Shown here: one piece after another, positions 17,641 to 30,836 of the stretch
How the letters are laid out: each line of letters begins with the position of its first letter
Numbering within the stretch: the first letter of the stretch is position 1
Source of the DNA: a bacterium
GTDB lineage: Bacteria; Omnitrophota; Gorgyraeia; Zapsychrales; Zapsychraceae
Direction: 5' to 3'
NCBI GenBank assembly: GCA_030429765.1
Contig: JAUIER010000012.1
Coordinates: 32,916 to 96,915, forward strand
Length of the DNA stretch: 64,000 nt
Translations under genes and position numbers: made by a program
The notes under the pieces: model-generated
What the model was told of the DNA's origin: nothing
What the model saw: only the letters and a program-made list of their open reading frames with translations
Database searches by the model: none

Positions 17641-18429
17641 TCATACCTTTATCCGTTGGCGTGTCGACTGAATTAACTTCCTATCAAGTGTAGCATATAG
17701 TATTTCCTCGCGGTCTGATGATCCTTCCGCAATAACTTTCCCCCATGGATCCACGACGGCCGAATGTCCATAGTACCGGATACCACGGTGATCTTTCCCT
17801 ATCTGATTGGGGGCCAATATGTAACACTGATTTTCGATAGCCCTGGCCCTCAGGAGAGTCATCCAGTGCGCCTGACCGGTTTCGTAAGTGAATGAAGCCG
17901 GAACACACAGGACCTCAGCACCACGCCGGCGGTATTCGCGATATAACTCTGGATAACGAAGATCAAAACAAATTGAAAGCCCCACCGACCATCCCTGAAC
18001 CTTGGCGACCTGAAATCGTCGACCGGCTAAAAATGTCCTGGATTCGTCGACATCCGTCCGACCCACCCGGGCACGGAACAAATGTTGTTTGCGGTACTTG
18101 GCTTCAATATTTCCTCGATTATCAATTAAAATCGAGGTGTTGTAGACCTTTTTTTCACCGGATCTCTTTTCGTATATCGACCCCAGCAAAATTGACACAT
18201 GATGATCACAGGCAATTTTTGCAAATTTTCTCGTCGAGAATCCGGGAATATATTCAGCAACGGACAGTCGTTCAGCCGTACGGCTCAGATCTCCCCGATA
18301 GACAAATACCTCGGGTAAACAAATCAAATCCGCCCGCTTCTTCGCGGCCTTTAGTACCAATTGTTCCGCCTTGAGCAAATTAAACGGCTTATCTGATCCG
18401 GCATCGAGTTGTATCAGTGCTACTTTCAT
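17641..18429 (-). CDS. Carbon-nitrogen hydrolase (nitrilase/Nit-family amidohydrolase)
   Basis: C-N hydrolase signatures (E, K, and C in …GLSICFDLRYPELYR…). Confidence 0.8.
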   Translation of the reverse strand: MKVALIQLDAGSDKPFNLLKAEQLVLKAAKKRADLICLPEVFVYRGDLSRTAERLSVAEYIPGFSTRKFAKIACDHHVSILLGSIYEKRSGEKKVYNTSILIDNRGNIEAKYRKQHLFRARVGRTDVDESRTFLAGRRFQVAKVQGWSVGLSICFDLRYPELYREYRRRGAEVLCVPASFTYETGQAHWMTLLRARAIENQCYILAPNQIGKDHRGIRYYGHSAVVDPWGKVIAEGSSDREEILYATLDRKLIQSTRQRIKV

Positions 18430-18507
18430 TCACTCAAGATTGTCGTCGATATTGAACCTGAAACCTATTCTCATTCTAGTTTCATATTGTGAAAAAGGCA
18501 ATGTGTT

Positions 18508-19476
18508 TTATGATATCTGCAGCGAATGCAAAAAAGATCCTTGGGTGAGAAAATGCTGAATGGAATCCACCGTCGCCCGGGTTTTACGGGCTAATCCTTC
18601 GATTGTGTTAAACGCATTGTGCGGGGTAAACAGGACATTATCCCGTTGAGATAACTTAGCCGCTGTTTCAATCCAGGTATGACGCATATGCCCGGCCCTG
18701 AGCCCATCCGCCAGAACGCCCTCCTGCTCAAAGACATCCATGGCCAAGCCATTCAAAATACCTTCATCCAGTAACCGACGCATATCCTCCAGCGGTGTAA
18801 TCTCACCCCGCGAAATATTGACCAGACACATCAAAGATCCGCTGTTCTTGATTCGCTCGTAACCGAGCATACCGTGGGTCAAATCCGTGAGAGGCAAGGC
18901 GCAGACGACAATATTCGCCCAGCTTAGGCCATCCTCCAACCCCACATACTCACACATATCTGTTTGTGGGCTGATATCCACCCCCCGAACCTCCATACCC
19001 AGGGCCTGAGCCATCTTCACTACCTGACGACCAATATGGCCGACACCGACAACCAATACCCGTTTCCCAGGGCATTCATAACCAGTCAAATCGTCCCGGT
19101 TAAACGTTTGGAAATGAAGGTATTGCCTTTTAAACTGCCGGAGTAAAGAGATCACTGAAAAAACGGCGTGCTCCGCTACCGAATAACTGCAATAATCACC
19201 TAAATATCCCAATGATACTCTCGCATTTGATCCCGCAAACATCCTGGTTAAATGATCATAACCTTGACTACGTGTCAGTACAGCATCAATCGTCCCATAC
19301 CAATCAGCGGGAATGACGGATTGCGTTCTTATACAGATAATTCTGGAGATAGGGGCTGATTCGTCGGCCTCCTGAACGGTTTCAGGGTGATATTGAACCT
19401 TCAGCGTCGGGGGAAGGATCGACTTTAGACGATCCTGTTCTTCACGAAACACTTCGTAAAAGGCAACATCATACAT
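18508..19476 (-). CDS. D-isomer-specific 2-hydroxyacid dehydrogenase
   Basis: NAD-binding motif VLVVGVGHIGRQV. The ORF track extends to 19545, but that overlaps the upstream gene. The internal Met at 19476 is the more likely start. Confidence 0.75.
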   Translation of the reverse strand: MYDVAFYEVFREEQDRLKSILPPTLKVQYHPETVQEADESAPISRIICIRTQSVIPADWYGTIDAVLTRSQGYDHLTRMFAGSNARVSLGYLGDYCSYSVAEHAVFSVISLLRQFKRQYLHFQTFNRDDLTGYECPGKRVLVVGVGHIGRQVVKMAQALGMEVRGVDISPQTDMCEYVGLEDGLSWANIVVCALPLTDLTHGMLGYERIKNSGSLMCLVNISRGEITPLEDMRRLLDEGILNGLAMDVFEQEGVLADGLRAGHMRHTWIETAAKLSQRDNVLFTPHNAFNTIEGLARKTRATVDSIQHFLTQGSFLHSLQIS

Positions 19477-19481
19477 AAAAA

Positions 19482-20054
19482 TCAGGATTCTTTCATTGGG
19501 GACAGCCAAATTTTGAAATGTTCGGCTGGAAACATATACGTCCAAAAACGTTCATATGCCATCGGGTATTTATTAAAAATTTTGTGTAGAAAGAATCTTC
19601 GGTGGGCCCGGTGAAAGGTGATTTCTTTTTTGAGAAGTCGGAATTTCTTGCCTTTTAGCCAGGTGTATTCATCTTCGATATAATCGTCAAATCCGAAAAA
19701 ATTGAAACGTAGTTTGTGGTGAGGTGTATTCGCGCACCAGGAAGAATGATGCGGAACTTCAATATAGATCGTTCCATCCTTACGACAGATCCGATGAAGT
19801 TCACTCATAACCGGCGGTAAATTTTCTAGATGTTCAAGTACATGATGACAAATGATCTCTTGAAATTGATTGTCCTTGAAGGGATAAGGACATTGATTGA
19901 GATCATGAATCACATCGGGATTATGTTCGGGATCAATATCCAGCGTGACGGCGTCATCGTCCTGTTTTCCGGCATGCCCCAGGACCAATTTTGACTTGGT
20001 TGTCTCAATTTCCCGACGTGAAGAAGGTTTGATTAACTCTTGCTGATTCATCAA
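19482..20054 (-). CDS. Class I SAM-dependent methyltransferase
   Basis: Methyltransferase type-11-like motifs (…ICHHVLEHLEN…RICRKDGTIYIEVP). Confidence 0.65.
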   Translation of the reverse strand: MMNQQELIKPSSRREIETTKSKLVLGHAGKQDDDAVTLDIDPEHNPDVIHDLNQCPYPFKDNQFQEIICHHVLEHLENLPPVMSELHRICRKDGTIYIEVPHHSSWCANTPHHKLRFNFFGFDDYIEDEYTWLKGKKFRLLKKEITFHRAHRRFFLHKIFNKYPMAYERFWTYMFPAEHFKIWLSPMKES

Positions 20055-20108
20055 TTGCGCTCCGATTTGCCAAAAAAGATAGGGCCATCAAATGATGGCC
20101 CTATATAA

Positions 20109-20186
20109 TGGCGACCCCAGCGGGATTTGAACCCGCGCTGCTAGCTTGAAAAGCTAGAGTCCTAACCAGGCTAGACGATGGGGTCG
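20109..20186 (-). tRNA. tRNA-Glu (anticodon TTC), CCA encoded
   Basis: Cloverleaf by eye: acceptor CGACCCC/GGGGTCG, anticodon stem-loop CTAGC-TTTTCAA-GCTAG, T-arm GGGTTCAAATCCC. Confidence 0.85.
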
Positions 20187-20264
20187 AAATATCGACGTAC
20201 TTCAAATTCAGAATCCCTATTATATTCAAGATTTATTCCGGGTCAAGTAAAATTATTCGACGAT

Positions 20265-22715
20265 TTACCCTTCCTTGGAAACCACGTTGGCGATCGAGGT
20301 CACATGATCTTCACCCTTAAGTGTGATCAATCGGACACCTACCGCACTGCGGCCGGTCTGACGAATTTCGTCGGGCGAACAACGCACAATCATCCCCGTT
20401 TTCGTGACGGCCATGATCTCGTCATCCTTCATTACCGCCAACACGCCCACAACCTTTCCGTTACGATCGGTGACCTTGACATTGATAATCCCTTTGCCGC
20501 CTCGGCTTTGAATACGGTAATCGTTAAAGTCAGAACGCTTCGCGTATCCACTCTGTGTCACGGTCAATAATGTGCGTCCGGTTTTACTGATGTCCGGCGG
20601 GAACACTATCATACTTACGACTTCATCGTCTTTGGCCAGATTAATTCCCCGAACCCCTTTCGCGGAACGTCCCATCGGCCGGATATTCTTTTCCGGAAAC
20701 CGTAAGGCCTTACCGGCTCTTGTCGCCAGGATAACCTCACTCTTGCCATTACTTAAGGCGGTTCCAATCAAGGAATCCCCTTTATCCAGCGTAATTCCAA
20801 CAATACCACCCTTACGTGGATTACTGAAAAGAGACAGATTTGTCTTCTTTACATTTCCTTTAGCCGTCGCCATGACCAATTCAAAATCTTCAGCAAATTC
20901 TTTAACCGCGACAATCGAACTGATCCGTTCGTTGTTTTTCATCGATAACAGATTCACGATATTCTTTCCCTTCGCTGTACGCGAAGCAATTGGAATCTCG
21001 TAAACCTTCAGCCACCGGACAATCCCCAGATTAGAAAAAATCAAGAGATAGTCTTTCGAAGACGCTACAAATAATTGCTTAACAAAGTCTTCTTCCTTCG
21101 TTGACATCGCGGAAACACCCTTACCGCCTCGACGCTGTTTTCGATAGGAAGACACAGCAATTCGTTTGATATAGCCTGAGTTACTGATCGTAATCGCCAT
21201 ATCTTCTTCAGCGATCAAATCTTCTACTTCGATTTCCTCGGCTTTGGCTGCGATTTCTGTTCTTCGTTCGTTGGCATACTTCTTTTTTATATGTTCCAAT
21301 TCGGTTTTGATAATTCCATCGATCTTTTGTTCCGAAGCCAAAATCGCCCGGTAATTATCAATATCTTTTAACAGCGCTTGATACTCGGCTTCGATTTTGT
21401 CGCGCTCTAAGGCTGTTAAACGCTGCAATTGCATTTCCAGAATTGCTTGGGCCTGAATCTCGGAAAGCCCGAATTTATTCATCAGATTAACCTTAGCCTC
21501 GGCTGTACTCTTGGATTCCCGAATCGTCTTGATGATCAGATTAATCTTATCAATCGCAATCTTAAGACCTTCAAGAATATGGGCGCGTCGAAGGGCACGA
21601 TCCAAATCAAATTGCGTTCGTCGTCGGATAATAATCCGGCGGTGATTCAGATAGTGATACAGAATCTCTTTAACATTGAGAATTTTAGGACGACCACTCA
21701 CAATAGCCAGATTAATAATTCCAAAGGTGGTCTCTAATTGGGTGTGTTTGAAAAGTCTATTCAGGACAATTTGAGGTTCAACATCCCGACGCATCTCAAT
21801 CACAATTCGGATACCATCTTTATCCGATTCATCACGAATATCTGTAATCCCATCGATCTTTTTATTTTGAACAAGGGAAGCGATTGATTTGATCAAATTC
21901 GCTTTATTGACCTGATAAGGAATTTCAGTAATGACAATAAAATCTTTTTTATTGTTCTGTTTTTCGATAATTGCTTTAGCTCGGACGACAAGTTTACCTC
22001 GCCCCGTCTCATACGCACTCTTAATCCCGTCTTTACCGCAGATAATTCCTCCTGTCGGGAAATCCGGTCCTTTGATCGTTGAGCTTAATTTCTTAATCGA
22101 GATATCAGGATCTTCAATCAACTTAACGGCCGCATCGACAACTTCACCAAGATTATGCGGCGGCATATTTGTTGCCATCCCAACCGCGATACCACTTGAC
22201 CCATTGATTAAAAGATTGGGTAGGGCTGCAGGTAAAATAACCGGTTCTTTAAGTGAATCATCAAAATTAGGTTGAAAGTCGACCGTATTTTTTTCGATAT
22301 CCCCCAGCATTTCGCTAGTAATCGCGGCCATACGGGCTTCGGTATATCGCATCGCGGCAGCGGCATCACCATCAATCGATCCGAAGTTGCCCTGTCCATC
22401 GACAAGCGGATAGCGCAGCGAAAAATCCTGAACCATACGGACAATTGTGTCATAGATCGCCGAATCACCATGAGGGTGATACTTACCCATCGTCTCACCA
22501 ACGATACGCGCGGATTTTTTATAGGGTTTACCATAATCCAATGAAAGTTCTTTCATCGCATATAGGACACGACGGTGAACCGGCTTCAATCCATCCCGGA
22601 CATCCGGTAATGCACGGCCAACGATAACACTCATCGAGTAAGCGAGATACGATTTACGCATCTCCTCTTCGATATATACCGGGATAATTTTTTGTTTATC
22701 TGATGAATCTTTCAT
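20265..22715 (-). CDS. gyrA: DNA gyrase subunit A
   Basis: 816 aa. Conserved N-terminus (…[25 protein letters not shown]…) and C-terminal beta-pinwheel repeats. Confidence 0.95.
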   Translation of the reverse strand: MKDSSDKQKIIPVYIEEEMRKSYLAYSMSVIVGRALPDVRDGLKPVHRRVLYAMKELSLDYGKPYKKSARIVGETMGKYHPHGDSAIYDTIVRMVQDFSLRYPLVDGQGNFGSIDGDAAAAMRYTEARMAAITSEMLGDIEKNTVDFQPNFDDSLKEPVILPAALPNLLINGSSGIAVGMATNMPPHNLGEVVDAAVKLIEDPDISIKKLSSTIKGPDFPTGGIICGKDGIKSAYETGRGKLVVRAKAIIEKQNNKKDFIVITEIPYQVNKANLIKSIASLVQNKKIDGITDIRDESDKDGIRIVIEMRRDVEPQIVLNRLFKHTQLETTFGIINLAIVSGRPKILNVKEILYHYLNHRRIIIRRRTQFDLDRALRRAHILEGLKIAIDKINLIIKTIRESKSTAEAKVNLMNKFGLSEIQAQAILEMQLQRLTALERDKIEAEYQALLKDIDNYRAILASEQKIDGIIKTELEHIKKKYANERRTEIAAKAEEIEVEDLIAEEDMAITISNSGYIKRIAVSSYRKQRRGGKGVSAMSTKEEDFVKQLFVASSKDYLLIFSNLGIVRWLKVYEIPIASRTAKGKNIVNLLSMKNNERISSIVAVKEFAEDFELVMATAKGNVKKTNLSLFSNPRKGGIVGITLDKGDSLIGTALSNGKSEVILATRAGKALRFPEKNIRPMGRSAKGVRGINLAKDDEVVSMIVFPPDISKTGRTLLTVTQSGYAKRSDFNDYRIQSRGGKGIINVKVTDRNGKVVGVLAVMKDDEIMAVTKTGMIVRCSPDEIRQTGRSAVGVRLITLKGEDHVTSIANVVSKEG

Positions 22716-22738
22716 TATATTCCTTTCACATCATAAAC

Positions 22739-25482
<2,744 letters not shown>

Positions 25483-25520
25483 AAGCCTTTTTTAATATCT
25501 ATGATTTTTTTAAAATTAAA

Positions 25521-26609
25521 TCAGATTCGCATAGGTAAGGCCAGATATAAATAGTCATTCATCCGCATGACCGCAGGCTTATCCACTCCCATTAACTCCA
25601 TGTGAATTTCCTCGTCATTGATGTTTTTTAGAAAATCAATCAGGAATTGAGGATTAAATCCCACCACCATTTCGGAACCCTTGTATTCCACTGGAATCTC
25701 TTCACGCGATTCACCCACATCCGGGGTGGTTTTAGAAACAACCATTTTATCGGTAAACACCTCGAATTTTACGGCCTGAAAATCTGGAGTTGACAATAAA
25801 TTGGCTCGACGAATACTGGACAATAATTCCTGTGTGTTCATAACTATTTTATTATCAGCAGGTTTTGGAATAACTTGATTATAATTTGGGAATTCGCCCT
25901 CAATCACACGAGTGGCTATTAACACTCCACCAATATCAAACAGGATCTGATTGGATCCTATGATAAAGGATACTGTCCCTTCATCTTTGAGATTTCGGTT
26001 GATTTCCTGAATGGCCTTGATGGGAATAATGACATTGGTGTCGTTTTTTAAAGGCGATTTGACTGTTCTCTCGATTTTAGCCAAACGGCGTCCATCAGTA
26101 GCAACGACACGAATCGTATTTCCGCTGATTTCAAAAAGAACACCATTCAATACGTATCGCGATTCTTCATGTGAAACAGCAAATGACGTCAGTTTGAACA
26201 TTTCCTTAAGTAGAGATTGTTCAATTTCAATCCGATCTTTCTTGTTAAACTCCGGAAACTTTGGAAACTCATCTCTCGGCAGGCCGATCAGTTTAAAGCG
26301 GTAATTGGTCCCTTCGATATCGATCTGATTGTTCTTTTTGGTATTCACGATGATATCCCCAAACGGGACTTCTTTAATGATGTCACTAAAACGTTTAGCG
26401 GGAATAGTTATTGCCCCTTCTTCAATTGTTTCCACAGGTATTTCACATGATATGCCGATGTCTAAATCGGTGGCATTTAAACGAAGAATATTATCCTTAG
26501 TCTCAGCTAAGATGTTGCTTAATATAGGTAGAGTCACTTTTGTCGATACAACGTTTTGTACTGTCTGTATTCCAAAAAGTAGGTTTTCCTTTGATGCTTT
26601 AAATTTCAT
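25521..26609 (-). CDS. dnaN: DNA polymerase III beta sliding clamp
   Basis: 362 aa, three-domain clamp pattern, adjacent to dnaA. Confidence 0.9.
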   Translation of the reverse strand: MKFKASKENLLFGIQTVQNVVSTKVTLPILSNILAETKDNILRLNATDLDIGISCEIPVETIEEGAITIPAKRFSDIIKEVPFGDIIVNTKKNNQIDIEGTNYRFKLIGLPRDEFPKFPEFNKKDRIEIEQSLLKEMFKLTSFAVSHEESRYVLNGVLFEISGNTIRVVATDGRRLAKIERTVKSPLKNDTNVIIPIKAIQEINRNLKDEGTVSFIIGSNQILFDIGGVLIATRVIEGEFPNYNQVIPKPADNKIVMNTQELLSSIRRANLLSTPDFQAVKFEVFTDKMVVSKTTPDVGESREEIPVEYKGSEMVVGFNPQFLIDFLKNINDEEIHMELMGVDKPAVMRMNDYLYLALPMRI

Positions 26610-26669
26610 TTGTTAACACCTCGCTAACTATATTTTTTAAATTAAACTAGTCTTCGTATTAGTAGAACC

Positions 26670-26678
26670 TGTGGATAA
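26670..26678. promoter_or_regulatory. Consensus DnaA box (TGTGGATAA) in the dnaN-dnaA intergenic region
   Basis: Exact 9-mer match. Confidence 0.5.
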
Positions 26679-26758
26679 TTTGAACAAATTTATAACATAC
26701 TGAATTAATTGAATTTACAACTTAAATCGATGTTTATAACCTATGTGCAAACCCGTGG

Positions 26759-28105
26759 TTATTGTTTTAATTGTGTTGTTAACTTCAGGACAGCTGTTTT
26801 TAACTCAGGATTTGATTCCAAATCATTATCAACTTTTTTACAGGCATGCAAAACAGTAGTGTGATCTTTACCCCCAAAGGCATTGCCGATTTCGGGAAGT
26901 GACATATTAGCCAGGTTGCGACACAGATACATAGCAACTTGACGAGCGACAACAATATTCTTGGTTCTTTTTTTAGCCCGAAGATCCGCCATCGTTACGG
27001 TAAAAAATTGGGCCACCGTTTTTTGGATCATTTCGACACTGATAATCTTAGTGCTCTCCTGAACCATGTCTTTCAAAATAATCTTGGCCATGTCCAACGA
27101 AATAGGTGTATCTTCAAGTAATGCATAAGCCGCAACCCGGATCAGGGCTCCTTCCAGTTCGCGGATATTGGTTTTGATCTCTTCGGCAATAAAATAGATC
27201 ACATCTTCCGGGACTTTTACTGTTTCGCTTTCCATTTTCTTTCGCAGAATCGCAACGCGCGTTTCAAAGTCTGGTGGCTGGATATCAGTAATGAGCCCCC
27301 ACGAAAACCGGGAACTCAATCGCTCCTCGAGATTAGATATCTCTTTAGGCGGTCGGTCCGATGTGATGATAATCTGTTTACGGCTGTCGTGCAGCACATT
27401 AAACGTATGAAAAAATTCTTCTTGTGTCGATTCTTTACCGGCGATGAACTGAATGTCGTCGATCAATAGAATATCAATCTCGCGGTATTTCTTACGGAAA
27501 TTATTTGTCGAGCGGGTCCGGATCGAATCGATGAGTTCATTGGTAAACCGCTCCGACGACATATAAAAATGTTTGAGTTGCGGATGGACTTGTGAAATCT
27601 TATGAGTGATGGCCTGAATCAAATGGGTTTTTCCTAATCCCACTTGACCATATATAAAGAGAGGATTATAAGCTTTGGCCGGTGACTCGGCTACAGCTAA
27701 TCCGGCGGCCGCGGCAAATCGGTTTGACGACCCCACAACAAAATTATCAAAGGTAAAACGGGCATTGAGTTTTGACGGTGACGTCGTCGAGAGATTAGGT
27801 GTTTGGTTGAATCCCTTCTCGAATTCTGTCAACCGATGTTGCGTGTCTTTTTTGAGGATATTCGAATTAACCGCAAATTCCAGGTTCAGGGATTGGGTAG
27901 ATAAAGTTTGCAGTGTGTCCTGGATGAAAGTTTTATAGTGTTCGACAATCCAGTTTTTAAAAAAGTCGTCAGGTGTCTCAATGATAAGAGTGTCGGGACT
28001 TTTTTCTTTGACTTGAACGGTTGAAAACCAGGTTTCATAGGAGGTGGCTCCGACCTTTTCTTTGATATCGTCCTGGGCTTTTTCCCAAATTCCGGTAAGA
28101 CTCAT
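26759..28105 (-). CDS. dnaA: Chromosomal replication initiator DnaA
   Basis: AAA+ Walker A GQVGLGKTHL. C-terminal DnaA-box-binding domain (…HTTVLHACKKV…). Confidence 0.95.
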   Translation of the reverse strand: MSLTGIWEKAQDDIKEKVGATSYETWFSTVQVKEKSPDTLIIETPDDFFKNWIVEHYKTFIQDTLQTLSTQSLNLEFAVNSNILKKDTQHRLTEFEKGFNQTPNLSTTSPSKLNARFTFDNFVVGSSNRFAAAAGLAVAESPAKAYNPLFIYGQVGLGKTHLIQAITHKISQVHPQLKHFYMSSERFTNELIDSIRTRSTNNFRKKYREIDILLIDDIQFIAGKESTQEEFFHTFNVLHDSRKQIIITSDRPPKEISNLEERLSSRFSWGLITDIQPPDFETRVAILRKKMESETVKVPEDVIYFIAEEIKTNIRELEGALIRVAAYALLEDTPISLDMAKIILKDMVQESTKIISVEMIQKTVAQFFTVTMADLRAKKRTKNIVVARQVAMYLCRNLANMSLPEIGNAFGGKDHTTVLHACKKVDNDLESNPELKTAVLKLTTQLKQ

Positions 28106-28679
28106 ATGCGAAACCGACCCCCCGCTAAGGCAGTTAATAACTCATTTGTTCTAAATAACTGTTATTAAAAAATTTAGGACTATAAAAAAACAATGTTAAC
28201 AGGTTATCCACATTGTGGGTATATGTCATATGGATGTTCTGTTGGGGAAACAACGAAAGAGATTCCCAAAAGTAAGGTGTTGAAAACGCGCGAACAGGTG
28301 TCTGACCGATCATTTTCCGACGAGATTAAGGCAATGAAAAATCGAAATAGTGATTCATTATAACAAAGAAAAAATGTAATTCAAATCAAATTTTGTTGGC
28401 CAAAATGCCGATGGTTCCCAAACAAGATGATCAATATTTTTTTTCTCGACGAGAAGATTCAAAAGCTCAGGACAAAAAAATCCAGCCTTTTTCAGGCTGA
28501 GAAAGTATGTCCCAGAGTCGTATATCATTGTGGGGCATAAATTTTCACTTTTAATGCCATAAATCCCTTGACTAAGATTAGGCCTATGCTATAATTGGCG
28601 GATTAATGACTGGGATCAGTCACCAAACAGATCATCGGGATGGTTAAGGATAACCATCCTATTTTTTAAGGAACATGTC
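28106..28679. promoter_or_regulatory. Probable oriC region between divergent dnaA and rpmH
   Basis: Perfect DnaA box TTATCCACA at 28204..28212, abutting an inverted imperfect box (TGTGGGTAT). AT-rich stretch at 28150..28195. Canonical origin position. Confidence 0.55.
28568..28595 (+). promoter_or_regulatory. Sigma70-like promoter for rpmH (TTGACT, 16 nt, TATAAT)
   Basis: Followed by the 5' UTR hairpin GGATGGTTA-AGGA-TAACCATCC at 28638..28659. Confidence 0.45.
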
Positions 28680-28817
28680 ATGAAAAAGAACTTAAAGACT
28701 CCTACAATATTGAAGGGTAAACGAACGCACGGGTTTCGCAAGCGAATGAGTACTCAAGATGGTCGAGATATCATCAATCGACGTCGTCGAAAAGGGCGTA
28801 AAAGTTTAGCGAAATAG
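28680..28817 (+). CDS. rpmH: 50S ribosomal protein L34, 45 aa (below ORF-track cutoff)
   Basis: [45 protein letters not shown] is a canonical L34. Confidence 0.9.
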   Translation: MKKNLKTPTILKGKRTHGFRKRMSTQDGRDIINRRRRKGRKSLAK

Positions 28818-28886
28818 GCCCGACCAATGCGTTTTAAACAGGCTTTTAACCAAAAATAATACACACATTTGTGTGGTTTTTAAGCT

Positions 28887-30542
28887 ATGGAAAAAAGACT
28901 TGTTATATCCTTTGTATTATCCTTTCTCGTCCTCTACATTTGGGCCAGTCTGGCTCCAAAATCCGATAATGTCCAATCTGAATTTTCCCGCGAAGCGGAA
29001 ACGATTCTTGAATCTGAGCAAATTACGGATCTAAAAGACGTTAAAGACCCCGCTTCACTTGGCTCAAGCATACCCACGGCATCACAATCTTCTAAAATCA
29101 TCGAGGAAAATTACACCTTAGAGAATGAACTTTTCATTTTGACGTTCTCTAATAAAGGCGGTAATCTCAAGAGCGTCTACCTCAAGGAGTATAAGACACT
29201 CCTGCCTGTAACAAATATCGTATCCCTTCCAGATTTTAACGCCTCGGAATTTTCTATTTCAAGTCAGACTGAAAAGCAGGTCATATTTGAGTATGTGTCG
29301 GAGGAATTAAAGATTGTGAAGATGTACACCATCCTCGAAAATGAGTACATCATTGATGCCGACATTAGCATTATCAATTTGCAGGAAATGTCCAAAAAGA
29401 TTTCAACGGAAATCAAGAGTTTCACGTTGAACATGGCCAACTTGGATAATGCCGGTAAGAAGCTCGAAGATGTTGATGAAAAGAAAGATGTCTCGGCGCA
29501 ACGTGACCGTGGTCTCAATGAGTATGTAATCAACAGTACTAAAGGAATCAAGCGCAAGAATAACGCATTTAAGTTTAGTGACAAGGATCGCGTGACAGGC
29601 GATGATCCCATCAATTGGCTGGGTTTCCGGAATCGATACTACACGGCGATCGTGGAGCCCAAGTTTGATAACATTGGACATTCTATAAAAAATATTGAAG
29701 AATCGAGTGCTGATTTTATCGTGCGAACCGAAGATTTTACATTGGCACCTCAGGAAGGTCGAACTTTCTCGACTCACGCGTTTGTTGGCCCAGAAAAAAT
29801 TGCTTTGCTTAAACAGTATGATTCTGGTCTTGAAGATATTCAGCGTTACTACAAATTCGGGTTATTTGACGGAATTGCCAAGATCATTTACAAGATGATG
29901 AATGTCATCCACAAGGTTGTTCCAAATTGGGGGCTTTGTATCATCATTATCAGCGTAATTATCTACTATTCGATGTATCCTTTGACGGCCAAGGGAATGG
30001 CCTCCATGCGTAGGATGCAGGCCTTGCAGCCGAAAATTCAGGCGCTTAAGGAAAAGCACGAGAAAAATCCACAGAAGCTCAATCAGGAAATGCTCGAGCT
30101 GTACAAGCGCGAAAAGATCAATCCATTGGGTGGTTGTCTACCGATACTGTTCCAAATGCCGGTATTTATCGGTCTCTATCAAGTGCTATGGCGTAATGTT
30201 GAGTTTAAAGGGGCGAATTTCCTATGGATCCAGGATCTGTCACGTCCGGACCGATTGTTTGTACTGGATTTCAGCCTACCGATCATAGGCAACGAAATAA
30301 ATTTATTGCCTTTGTTAATGGTCGTGATTATGTTCTTTCAGCAAAAATTTTCATCAAGAAATATGACATTAACCGATCCGGCACAGATTCAACAGCAGAA
30401 GATGATGATGATGATCATGCCAATCTTCCTTGGATTCATCTTTTACAAGTTTGCTAGCGGTCTGACACTTTACTTCACCATGTTCTACATTTTTTCAACT
30501 ATTACACAGTGGAAAATTTCACAGTCTCCTAAAGCAGCCTAG
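28887..30542 (+). CDS. yidC: Membrane protein insertase YidC
   Basis: 551 aa. N-terminal TM, periplasmic domain, C-terminal 5-TM insertase core (…LGGCLPILFQMPVFIGLY…). Confidence 0.9.
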   Translation: MEKRLVISFVLSFLVLYIWASLAPKSDNVQSEFSREAETILESEQITDLKDVKDPASLGSSIPTASQSSKIIEENYTLENELFILTFSNKGGNLKSVYLKEYKTLLPVTNIVSLPDFNASEFSISSQTEKQVIFEYVSEELKIVKMYTILENEYIIDADISIINLQEMSKKISTEIKSFTLNMANLDNAGKKLEDVDEKKDVSAQRDRGLNEYVINSTKGIKRKNNAFKFSDKDRVTGDDPINWLGFRNRYYTAIVEPKFDNIGHSIKNIEESSADFIVRTEDFTLAPQEGRTFSTHAFVGPEKIALLKQYDSGLEDIQRYYKFGLFDGIAKIIYKMMNVIHKVVPNWGLCIIIISVIIYYSMYPLTAKGMASMRRMQALQPKIQALKEKHEKNPQKLNQEMLELYKREKINPLGGCLPILFQMPVFIGLYQVLWRNVEFKGANFLWIQDLSRPDRLFVLDFSLPIIGNEINLLPLLMVVIMFFQQKFSSRNMTLTDPAQIQQQKMMMMIMPIFLGFIFYKFASGLTLYFTMFYIFSTITQWKISQSPKAA

Positions 30543-30544
30543 GT

Positions 30545-30733
30545 ATGAGTAATCCAGAAAGTAAGAGTTTTGAGTTTGAAGCATGCTCGGTTGACGAAGC
30601 TATTTCCAAGGCCTTGGATGCGCTAAAAGTCAAACGGGAAGAAATATCCGTCAAGGTTGTCAGCGAGGAGAAAAAGGGATTATTTGGCATGGAAGGTGCT
30701 AATCCAGCTAAAATCAAAGTTACGCTAAAATAA
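30545..30733 (+). CDS. Jag/KhpB N-terminal-domain-only protein, 62 aa. The KH and R3H domains are absent.
   Basis: Position directly after yidC. Jag_N-like sequence. Confidence 0.5.
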   Translation: MSNPESKSFEFEACSVDEAISKALDALKVKREEISVKVVSEEKKGLFGMEGANPAKIKVTLK

Positions 30734-30793
30734 TCCCGAAAGTTCTTGATTTTTATTTTTGTTTGTAAGAGAATAGTTCCATAGTCACAGATT

Positions 30794-30809
30794 TGTTTCA
30801 CGTGAAACA
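30794..30809. promoter_or_regulatory. parS centromere site (TGTTTCACGTGAAACA, perfect consensus)
   Basis: Exact 16-bp palindrome, 28 bp upstream of parA. Confidence 0.85.
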
Positions 30810-30836
30810 CAATTCTAACCCCCTACCCTCCATTTT

